NCBI GenBank assembly: GCA_963693365.1
Contig: CAVNZM010000007.1
Coordinates: 6,693,962-6,757,961 of the forward strand
Reading direction: 5' to 3'
Length of the DNA stretch: 64,000 nucleotides
Origin: Amoebidium appalachense
Taxonomy: Eukaryota > Protista > Ichthyosporea
Position numbers and translations under genes: made by a program. The notes under the pieces are model-generated. The model had not been told where the DNA came from. It searched no databases and worked only from the letters and a program-made list of their open reading frames with translations. Of the stretch, positions 42,436-64,000 are shown piece after piece; the stretch's first letter is position 1; every line of letters begins with the position of its first letter.

Positions 42436-45348
42436 ATCGGACAGCGCTTGCAGAAGACGGCCAAAGGGGGCTGGTAAGCCCGGCATAGCCAGCTTACTAT
42501 AGTATGCCATAACAAACCAGTGGGTACGGTGTCGTAGGCGTTCTTAAGGTCGATGAAGACAACGTGCGGAGACTCCAGAAGTAATGGATTCATGGAGTAA
42601 CAGGCTGTGGGTATAACACGAATAGGCATGACGAAAGCCCCCTTTGAAGGGAAGAAAGACGGAACACGGTGTTTAAAGAATCGTCGGTGTTAAACGCACG
42701 AAGCATGCAACCCTCGAAGAGCCGACGAAAAACGTTGGTAAGTGTGACGGACGAAAGTCGTTAATGACCCCCTGCGATACCTTCTTACAAACGGCCGTAA
42801 CGATTGCCGTCAAGCCACGAATGTGGAATAAACTCGAGTTCAAAAAAAGCCGGAAAAAACTCACTAAGAAAAACAGCAAAAGGCGCGGGCGGAGGGGACT
42901 CTGCACGATTACGGGGCGGAAGGGCGGGAGAAAGAACCTTGAAAAGCAGTGGCACGGGAGGAAGAGCATCCGGCCCGCACGCTTTGCGGGGTTTAACGCC
43001 CGTATAGCACCAAAAAATAGCCGAAGAGTTGAAATAACTGTGAAAAGTGCCCGGGAACGATCGGTCCGGCTCCCAACTCGGCGGCTGGGACTAGGCCAGC
43101 GGGCGGTGATGGAACCGTGGACACGTTAGGAAGCGAAAATAGGGAAGCATCATAGTCGTCGACAGATTCAGCGACGGAGTGATGGAAGGAGACGGGGCAT
43201 AGAATTGCACGGAAGGCCCAAACCGACCGGCGGATTTCCAAACCGATAATGCATCCTGTAGAGGCAACAACTGTCGTAGGGACTGCAAAAAACGTGGGAC
43301 TGTCTCAGCCGAACGGAAGGGTATTCAACCGTGCCCACCACCTGCTCGCCAAGGGCAAATAGAAACTCAACAAACTCATGATAACAAACCTCCAAAATAG
43401 CCGCCGGGTTCCGCTGCGCACGGGCGCCGCGCACTGCGGCAAGAAAGAAGCCATGAGCCGACTCATACTCGTTGACGGCAAGTAACTGGTTGTTGAACTT
43501 GTGCTTGACTCGGAAACCGCGAGATAAGAGGCGGTGGTTAGTCTGAGTAGCCCCGCCGAAGTGAACAGGGAAGGAAACCGAAAATTCTACAGTCCGGGAA
43601 TGGTCCGAACTAAGCCGTAAGGAATCGGGTGGGGAAATTACTCGAAGGGTCACGGTGGAGTCCCAAAACGAGGCACCCCAGTCAGTCGCGTGGTTAGCGA
43701 AAACGCGAGGAAGACGGACAAGGTGCTTTCGAAGAAGGTTGGTGAGGACACGAGCACGGTTAGAAAAAGGACGAAACTGTGCTGGGGACGGGGTATGTTC
43801 CCTATCACACGGAACCACTGGACAATTGAAGTCACCGATAAAAACTTGAGAAACAGGAATTTGGTTAGCCACGGCTGACAAAGTGTCAGTACCTAAAGAT
43901 GGAGGAAAGTACACCGAAAGACAAAGTTCACGCACGAAACTGAATGGTGACGAAATACTCATGCGCCGCGATGACCCTGCAATCCGAGCGAATGCTAGGA
44001 TTGGCCGCTAAAACCGCGATGCCGCCTCGGGAGAAACCAGTCGATGACGAAGACCTAATGAAAAATCCGGATTGCTCCAACTGATGATGATTATAGAACC
44101 AGGTCTCGGCAAGAACAACAAAAGAATAGGTACGAACAGAGTCGAAAATGTATTGCAATTGCGGGGATTGTAAACCATGAACATTCCAAAACAAAAAAGA
44201 AAGAGGTTGAGGTTGTTGAGCCATTTAATTTCCGGCAGCGGCCTGCTGTGCACCAATCCGATCCAACCACGCACGATCAAAAGCCGCCACCTCCTGGGAC
44301 GCAGTCACGTGGCGGGGGGATCCGTCCGCCCGCTCGAAAAAGGCCATCTGTTTCTGCAACCGCCCGCGAAGCATGTCCACAGCGGTTTTGCCGGCGTCCA
44401 TAAATTTCTGTTGCCGAATGTTACCGAGCGCATCAGGCTGAAAAGCCGCCGAGTCCAGAATTTCGAGGTGAATCGAAGGTTGCGCAGCTTGGTGCACAAC
44501 TCATGTCTCGTAGTCCTCCTCAACAAGAAGCTCAAGCACACGGCCGCCGATGAAGGAATAATTGCGAATTTTGCTGGTGCGCACACGAATTGCCCGAAAA
44601 TCTTGCTTGATCTGCGAGATGGCAGTGGTGCCGCGAGCAAGGGTGACGTAGACGGGTTTGAAAGCGAGAGAGTGAGCACGGGCTTGGTCCTGACGTTGCA
44701 TGGGGTTGACAGGACGGGGACGGCACCGTTCACGAAGGCGCTTGACAGCGGCCACAAAGCTGTCAACAGCCTCAGGCTTGCCCTTGACCGAGCCAACCTT
44801 GTTGGCCTGCTCACGAAGTGCGTCCTCCTCGGAGCGGAGCAGCGGCGGCAGCAATAGAAACGGGTATGGAATTGGCAGGGGGGGCGGCTCCGCGAATCTC
44901 CGACCGTTCCGGAATGACGGTGGGAATGCGAGGGCCACCACCGTGAGGGGGAGAAGCCGCAGCAGCTGCCGCAGCGGCCGGCCCCACCGGCTGCTCACGG
45001 GAAGGCGAAGACGTATCGATGAAATGAGCCAGGGTGGCGTTGAGTTCCTTCACCTGCTGCAGGAGCTCAGTCACTTGGACGCGAAGGCGGCATTTTCATC
45101 ACGTAGGTTCTTGAGTTGGTCTGTGTTGGTCTTGTGTTTCTTAGCGGCTGGGATGGAGGGTTGTGGAGTAGACAGCACAACCTGCTGACTCGCCTGCTGG
45201 GACTCAAAATCCATGATGTTGTCGGAGTTTTCGATAACGAGGACGCCAAACCGGTTTGCATGTTGGGGCGGGGGGGGACTGCTCGGGACTGTGCACCCGC
45301 TTGCCATCGAGGGACGAGGTCGTGCTGGGAGGTCATGGTGTTGGGCCT

Positions 45349-45524
45349 GAATAAAACAAAAGATGTAAAACGGTTTATATACTGAAAGGGAATTCAAATC
45401 CGATGACGTGGGTAGTTAATCAATCAAGAAAGTCTCACGAATCCTCAATAAAACAAAAGATGTATAATGGTTTATATACTGAAAGGGAATTCAAATCCGA
45501 TGACGTAGGTAGTTAATCAATCAG
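45349..45524. repeat. Two ~78-bp direct repeats at the LINE 5' end
   Basis: aataaaacaaaagatgta..ggtttatatactgaaagggaattcaaatccgatgacgt.ggtagttaatcaatca occurs at ~45349 and ~45447. Confidence 0.85.
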
Positions 45525-46306
45525 CCCGGCCCCCCCCCCCCCCCCCCCCCCTTTTTTTTTTTTCCCGGTAGCTATTTAGCAATTATCAGTGATGGCTCTA
45601 GAGCTGGGGTGTGTGCAGGTATAGGATAATCTTAGCTTGAACTCCTTATCGTTTTGCGCACACGCTCAGTAATATGTTTTATGGTACTATGTCACATATG
45701 TGCATATGCCGGTAGAAACGAAATAAACCATTTTCCCCAAAGTGTTCTGTTACAGTACTTTTATACGATGCTTTAAGTGGGTGGTAAGTTCAAACTCTGA
45801 TCAATTTGATTACTGAGAACAGCTATCAGTGTTTGCCCAGCCAGAGGGCGCGTGCGTTAGTTCAATGATATGCATATCATCGGAAGTTTCGGTTAGACTG
45901 GTTATGATTCAGATGAGACCGCCGTAGTTCATGCGCACTATGCATGCACTGAGGTTTTTGGGTGTTAAACTTTATGGCCTTCCAGGAAAATGGTATGAAC
46001 AAGGTTGTAACCATGGATGTGTGCATGCTGCACAGAGTGTGTGTGTTCGTGTATGTGTGTAACTTGGTGTGTCAACGTGAAGAGAGTTCAACTTGTGTGC
46101 CGCGGGCGGGTAGTCTAAAAATATATAGTGTTAATGAATCCGTGCAGACTGCACGTGAATGCCGGGATGGGTGGGTCCCGTGGGTGTGCTCTGCAGCAGA
46201 GGTGTTAAGCTTGTACACTTTTTTAATTCTCATTTCGCTGTTCTTTCATTTTTCCTTTCCTTTTTCTTTTTCTTTTTTCTTTTTCTTTTTTTATTTTTTT
46301 TATTTT

Positions 46307-46337
<31 letters not shown>

Positions 46338-48193
46338 GGGGGGGAGGGGGAGGGGTAATAACATGTAGGTAGTATGTACCGTAATAAAGTTGTACCCAAC
46401 AATATAAAGACAACGAAACCGAAGTTCCTGATTGTTTCGTCATATTACTCATCAGTTACTTCAGGGAAATGTGTCCAGAGTCAACGAATATTTTTGAATC
46501 AACAACTACTAGTAAGCTATATACAGGATTTGGGTGCCTACTACCGAATGACTCCACCCCATCCCCCCCCCACATCCCCCCCTCTCCCCCTCCCCTCCCT
46601 ACATCTCCTCCTCCCCTCGGAGACTCCCCTCCCCGCCTCCCTCTCTTTCTCTCGGAATCCGTCTCCCCCCCCCCGCCCCCCTCCCCCCCCCCCCCCCTGG
46701 GCCCCTCTTTCCCGACCTTCTCCCCCTCCCCCCTCCCCTCCCCCACCCACTCGCGCACTCTCTGCTTTTTCCTCTCTCCCCCGAGCCTCCTTCTCTCCCC
46801 CCTCACTCTCCTCCCCCCTTCCAGCCTCTTTCCCCCCCTCCCCCTCTCCCCATCTCTCTTCCTGCCCCCCCCCCCCCCCCCCCCCCCCAAATACACACAC
46901 ACATCCCACCCCCCCCCTACCCCTTCCCCCCTCCCCCCCACACAGGCCTTCTCCCTCCCTCTCCCTCAATCCCCTGCTTGATTCAATAGAGTTGCTCTCC
47001 CCCTCCCCTGCCCCCCTCCTCCCCCCGCCCAGCACCCCTTCCCCTTCTCTCGCCTGCCCCCCCCCCCCCCCCCCGTCTCCTTTAAAGTGTTTCCTTCTCT
47101 TAACTCCAAAAGAAAGGGATGGAGAAAGGGAGAGGAGGGGGGGCAAAGGGGAGGGGGGGAAGGGGATTAAGGGAGAGGGAAGTGTTATAAGTGCGTGTGT
47201 GTGTGTGTGGAAAAAGGGGGGGGGGGGGGGGGGGGAGGGGGGAGGGGGGGGGGGGGGGGGGGGGGGGGAGGGGGGGGGGGGGGGGGAAGGGCACAGCACT
47301 TTGTGTGTGCGGGTCTGCACATGTGGAATTAGTGCAGCACTGGGGATGCACCGTGGCTTAGGCCTCATAACTTAAATTATGCGTTCTTCAAGTTGGGATC
47401 GCCGCGGTGCTTGGAAGTGTATGTATGTGTGTTAGTGATTCACCACTGAGGTGACATGCGGCTCTCTTGAAAACTTAGTTCAAAACTTTGGCTGTGGTTG
47501 GTGGGTGGCGGGTGGGCGCACGTGGCCATGGGCGGGTGGGCGCACGTGGCCACGGGCGGGTGGTCACGGTTGTGGTGGTGAAAATTGGATGGTTGGGGTT
47601 GTCGGGTACCAGTGGGTGTGTGTGTGTGTGCAGTATTGGGGGGCGCGCCGTGCACGTGTGTGCGGGGGCAGGGGGAGGGGGGGGGGGGGGGGGAGGGGGG
47701 GGGGAGGGGGGGGGAGGGGGAGAGCGAGGGAGGGGGCTGTTTGGCTGCCGGCTTTGCGAACCGCCCTCTATGGGAAGCTAAAGAAACAGAGGAACGAAGG
47801 TGACAAGATCCGGATGCATACATATGCAGACACGGAGTGGTGCACGTGATGCATGTAACACCCGAGGTTTCCGCGGGTTATTGGATTTCGTAATAGACCT
47901 AATACCCGAGGTTTCGATTTCGTAATGGACAAAACACCCGAGGTTTCAGCCGGTTGTGTGCATGCTGCTACACTCGTTTGTATGCGATTATGCTACCACC
48001 TACAGAGGCGGTGTCTCCTTTCTTTTTTTTTTTTTTTTTTTTTTTTTACTTAAAAGGGACGTAGATGTTAAAACGTCGCACGTGCGGCAACACGTCAGTA
48101 CGTGTTAGGCGATTATGAGTACTGTAGAAGAAAGTTGTAACTGAAAATTTAGGAGAAGAAAGCTACAACTGAAAAAGTAGGCAATACGGCGCC

Positions 48194-59085
<10,892 letters not shown>

Positions 59086-59347
59086 GACAGGGGAGAGTGG
59101 GGGGGGAGCGGGGGGTCAACTACACACGCGTGTCCTGTAGTTGCTGTATTCTGGGGCCGGCAGCATTGGGGGGGGGGGGGGGCTTCAGTAACGAATCGAA
59201 GGAAAAACGCCCCCACCAAAATTATGCTGTAAACAGACAAGTATGGTGACATTTGTATGCCCTGTTTTTATCCGTGCGGCGATTAGGTAAGGCTAAGATG
59301 TGTTGTTGTTCACACACCTGCGCACGCACACACACGCACACAGACAT

Positions 59348-59400
<53 letters not shown>

Positions 59401-59829
59401 CATGCATGCACACACACACAGTACGTGTGCACATGTACACACAGTGTCCTACATACACCAAACAAGCTCACACACACGTATGTGTGTACACGTACATGCA
59501 CAGGCGCTCAACCCCATGCATGCAACTTTAATGGGTTGGTTGGTCGTCTCAAACTGGTCAAATTTGCAAAGTTGACAAACAATTGGAAAACGAAAGGCGG
59601 ATTGTATGTTTGTATCAATATATCTTGTGCCGTATTCTGATGTAGAATAATACGTATACGAATGCTGATTTATGTATGTGTTGCATGTTATAATGTACGT
59701 ATGTAAGCGAGTTTGACTGGACCAGGCGTAGCACATAACTGCATTTATAATTTTCAATACTTAAAATGAAGAATCTGACTATCTTATGACCAGCAAACAT
59801 TCGATATACACACCCGTTTTGCGATCCGG

Positions 59830-59860
<31 letters not shown>

Positions 59861-59883
59861 CCCCCCCCCCCCCCTCCCCCACC

Positions 59884-59920
<37 letters not shown>

Positions 59921-60732
59921 GCACGCACACACACACAAACACACACCACCACCACCAGTTGATGCTGCTATCTGAGTTGGGTTTCGTAAACGAGGCGTGG
60001 ATGGTATTCCAGCATACGCAAAGGCGCACATGCGCGAAAGCAAAATATCGATATGGACGGGGTAGGTGGTGTCAGGTCTATATCGTCTGTGTGGATCAAC
60101 ATGTATGTGGGGGTGCCCGGGAGGGTTAATGATTTATGACACACGGAGTGTTGTCAACCTATTGGCTGACGGAGCGGACAAAAATGTGACATAATTTGAG
60201 ATTCCTTTGTGTGTTCAAGCAAACTATGCATGCATGCATATGAAAACTCAATGTTACCCCATATCAGACTTTCTGATGTATTCTGATGGCATGTGTAATC
60301 ACACAATAGAAATACGGGTAAGTATATTTTTTTCAAAAAACCGGGCCTTCTCAATTATGTATTTACGATTTATTCAATATTGAGCAGGCACCACAGGTGA
60401 CCATATTCTTCGATCATGTAAGCTAAACGACTCATGAATAGCGGGGAAAAAAAAAGTCAGAAAAACAGATCGTCAAAAAAAACCACAAAAATTCGGATCC
60501 ACACATATGAGAAAGAAGAGCGTAGGCGTGCGATTCGTTATGAATGCGGGGCCTATATTGGTTTTCCCTTTGCTTTCGTTCATGTTCTGTTTCGGTATTG
60601 TTCATGTAAACGTTACACATTATAACGATAATATAACAGACTTTTAACTCATAACTGGTGGGCTCTTAATGGAATGGGCCAACAGTCCGGGCCTGCCCAT
60701 CACGAAAGCAGTCGTCAGGGGCATCCAGGTAA

Positions 60733-60738
60733 TCATTG

Positions 60739-60789
<51 letters not shown>

Positions 60790-60919
60790 CGCGCGCGCGT
60801 GCGTGCGCATGTGCACGTGTGTATGTGTATGTGTGCACATGTGCATGTGTGTGCGTGTGTGCGTGCGCATGTGTGTGTGTGTGTGTGTGTGTGAGGGTGT
60901 GTGTGTGTGTGTGTGTGTC

Positions 60920-60961
<42 letters not shown>

Positions 60962-61498
60962 TGTGTGTGATGGTTGTGGTGATGGTGGGGTGTATGAACG
61001 CTTGTGTGGTACGTGTGGGTGTGGATGTGGGTGCAGAGTATGTGGTGTGTTTGTGTGTAGCTGTTTCGGTAGGTGTGTGTGTGTGTGATGTGTCATCGCA
61101 GGTGGGGTTACAAGGGGGGGGGGGGGGGGGGGGCAAGGAGATGAGGGGAGGCGTTAGTAAACGGTACACGGTACAATATCAATATCCAAAAAAAAAAAAA
61201 AAAAAAAAAAAAAAACACCGCAGGAATAGATAGGCGCGCCAAGTAAAAAACACGGTGCTACATACAGGTGGGGTGAGAGGAAGGTTAGAACACACCAGAC
61301 AGCATATGCGTTCCAAGGTGTTGCCTAATGCTGTGTGTGACACATTCAAATATAAGTGATGTGTGCGCGCGGCAGCGACATATTAGGGTGGGTGGGTGGA
61401 AGGAGGGGGGGGAGGGGGGGAGGGGGGGGGAGGGGGGGGGGAGGGGGGGATCTATCGAATAATAGAAAAATACTATATGTGCTCATTGTTGGGAAGAA

Positions 61499-61532
<34 letters not shown>

Positions 61533-61665
61533 TTAGTACTCGGAACGTATGTATCATTGAATGTGTGTGTGCAAATACGCGATGGAATGCAGTATTAACG
61601 TGCTAAAAGGGAATGCACGCACATGCTCTAAAAGGGAATGCGCGCACATGCGTTAAGCATGTACA

Positions 61666-61705
<40 letters not shown>

Positions 61706-61926
61706 CTCCAAACTTTCACTGCCCCCTAATCTAATACAGCAGCAGGGAATAGAGTAACAGGTACATGCAACCAACAGCCAAGGGTTTATGGTTTTGAACA
61801 GGAGGAAGGAAGGCTAGGATTTCAGCATCCGTTACGCAGCAAAACGGAACACAAATACACAGAAGAAACGTGCTGTACACTGAACGTCATGCAAAACCAA
61901 AAACCAAAAAAAACCTTGTAGGCAAA

Positions 61927-61968
<42 letters not shown>

Positions 61969-62000
61969 AGGGGGGGGGGGGTGTGTGCAGGAAAAGGGGG

Positions 62001-62044
<44 letters not shown>

Positions 62045-62111
62045 GGGGAAAGCGGGGCAGGTGGACTAAAACGACACAGGCTATGTTCGTAAGGGGTGAT
62101 TTTTTTTTTGT

Positions 62112-62149
<38 letters not shown>

Positions 62150-62802
62150 AACACGGCACCAGATTATGATGTGTGGCAATCGGGCAGAAAAGGGGGGGGA
62201 AAGGGGGGGCGGGTCTCGAACGGAAATATGGACTGAAGAATGTGCAAACCAAAAAAAAAAAAAAAAAAGGAAAGATTACAGCCGCATGGGCAAGGAAAGA
62301 GGGAAAAGAGGGGGAGGGGGGGGGGGAAGGGGGGAGGCTGGGATGCGGTGGGATGGGGTAGCTCTGGAGGGTGGCGAGCCTGGGGGGAAGGGGGGGGGGG
62401 GGGGGGGGGGGGGGGGGAGGGGGGGGTAGCAAAAAGGGCAATAAAAGTGCCACTACTTTCTGATGACTTTTCAACAAACCTTCATCCTTAAATCTGCCTC
62501 CCCTCCCCTCTCTCCCCCCCCCACACCCTCCCTGCCCCGCCCCCTCCCCCTTCCCCCCCCCCTTTACCCACACACACACACAGAGAGAGAGAGAGAGGGG
62601 GGGGGGGGGGGGGGGAGGCACGCATCAACCCACACACAGCCAGGCACGCACAAACAAACACAAACAGTATGTGCACTTGTCTCTCAAGCCCCCATTCACA
62701 TGTTGCCAACTCTCCCCCCCCCCCCCCTCCTTTTTTCTTTTGCTCTCTCACGCCACCGTTCCAATGTTGAAAGTCTACCCCCCCCCCATCCCTCCCCTCC
62801 CC

Positions 62803-62834
<32 letters not shown>

Positions 62835-62994
62835 TTAGTGGATCGCACCGCCACCACCACCCAAAAATAAAGAGATAGATGCCAGAAAACAGTGTCCACT
62901 CACCCCCTCTGCCGGCTCATCCTCGTTCACCTGCTGTGCCAGCTGTGCCAGTTGCTGCTCCAAATCGTCAATCCGTGTGCCCATGGCGTCGATT
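60733..62994 (-). CDS. HSBP1: HSBP1-like (heat shock factor binding protein 1) gene, 3' part. Exon 62994-62904 and probable last coding exon 60738-60733; 5' exons presumably lie beyond the window
   Basis: An exon bounded by tttgcAG and GTgagt encodes (R)[21 protein letters not shown], resembling the HSBP1 coiled coil RIDDMSSRIDDLEKNIADL. The last exon (CAA TGA after a (CA)n-AG) is a guess. Confidence 0.7.
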
Positions 62995-63155
62995 CTGCAA
63001 ACAAAACACTGTCAGTGACAAGTCGGGACCAAGGAAGACCGCGATGTCAAGCACACATAACTTCACATGGCAAAGACGTGTGTGGTTATACGCTGAAATG
63101 TAAACGTACAAGAGGGCGGGTGCACCGTCAAAGTCCACAGACGGACCACGCAGCA

Positions 63156-63189
<34 letters not shown>

Positions 63190-63476
63190 GGGGAGGAAGA
63201 GGGACAGGGTTGAGAGGGGAGGGCTGGAACACACGTGTTCACTCCACATGTGTCCTCGCCTAAGATTATCATTGGAGGAGAGATAAATGTGGGGCAAACA
63301 AGGGGAGGAGCGGGTAGGGTGGTATAACTCAAATGTATGTTTATATGGTGTTTTGAATGAAAGATGGAAGGGGGAGAAGGTTACAGGAAGAGGTGGGTGG
63401 TGGGGGGAATGGAGAGGGAAGGGGGGGGTGGGGGGGAGGTGGGGGGAGGTGACGTTGGGGTGGTGGTGGGGAGGGG

Positions 63477-63517
<41 letters not shown>

Positions 63518-63800
63518 CTGTCCTCCCCACCACTACAACAGAACAGAACTTAGCCCCCCACCGTCCGACAAAAAACAAGATAGACCAAACCAAAGCCTTG
63601 TGGCCTGCTTTCTGCTGCAAACCACTTCGTAACCACAATCCTTCCTTTTCATTCAACAAGCCCGAGCCTCCACCTCCCTGCCGTCCTCTCTCCTTTTGTC
63701 CCCCGCCTCTCCCCCCCTCCTCCTCCCGTCCTTTCAAAGAAAACAAACAACCACAATTATCACACATCAGCAAAGTCAGATGCGCGCGCGCACACACACA

Positions 63801-63891
<91 letters not shown>

Positions 63892-63893
63892 CC

Positions 63894-63953
<60 letters not shown>

Positions 63954-64000
63954 ACACACAACAGACACACAGAGCGACACTGCCACCACACACAGACACA

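Larger units (their letters stand above)
28022..45524 (-). mobile_element. Degenerate full-length LINE (ORF1 + APE endonuclease-RT-CCHC ORF2), interrupted by two LTR insertions
   Basis: ORF1 fragments at 45397-44225. ORF2 starts at 44224 with APE motifs FWNVHGL, VLAETW, GGIAVL, SVYFPPS, IGDFN and SSDH. RT motifs NDFRP, VFIDLKNAYDTV, GLLQGSLLSPLLFDVFIDDL, LLFVDDI and YDYLGI follow, with a CCHC remnant at ~40310-40230. The reading frame continues across the chromovirus insertion (TTLDF|LLKSVG), followed by AATAAA at 28047-28052 and an A-rich tail. Many frameshifts and stops; outer ends approximate. Confidence 0.85.

Overview
Eukaryotic genomic DNA, not prokaryotic. The gene content (FHA-forkhead factor, METTL14, PDZ) suggests an opisthokont, possibly a unicellular holozoan; this is inference only. 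Four spliced genes can be reconstructed by hand: an FHA+forkhead transcription factor of the FoxK/Fkh1-2 type (+, 2355-9739); a coiled-coil/KIAA0513-like SBF2-domain gene that appears to end in a PDZ domain (-, ~12917-24183); METTL14 (+, 48194-59085), with a tRNA-Gly(GCC) in one intron; and the 3' part of an HSBP1-like gene (-, ~60733-62994). Between the SBF2-PDZ gene and METTL14 lies a ~21 kb transposon nest. A degenerate APE-RT LINE (~28022-45524) is interrupted by a full-length chromodomain Ty3/Gypsy element (28209-40152, TSD AAAAG). That element carries a non-autonomous LTR element (33972-37549, TSD CCCCC), and a solo LTR (41473-42435, TSD ATCGG) splits the LINE RT. MITEs and hairpin elements lie at 24.5-27.3 kb. 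The most striking signal is the intron architecture. Introns are filled with mutually complementary microsatellites ((GT)n/(CA)n and G-runs/C-runs) that often start at the donor GT and run up to the acceptor AG, where a U-rich polypyrimidine tract is frequently missing. Nearly all ORFs in the supplied track are microsatellite artefacts. Homopolymer lengths look unreliable, with probable indel errors.
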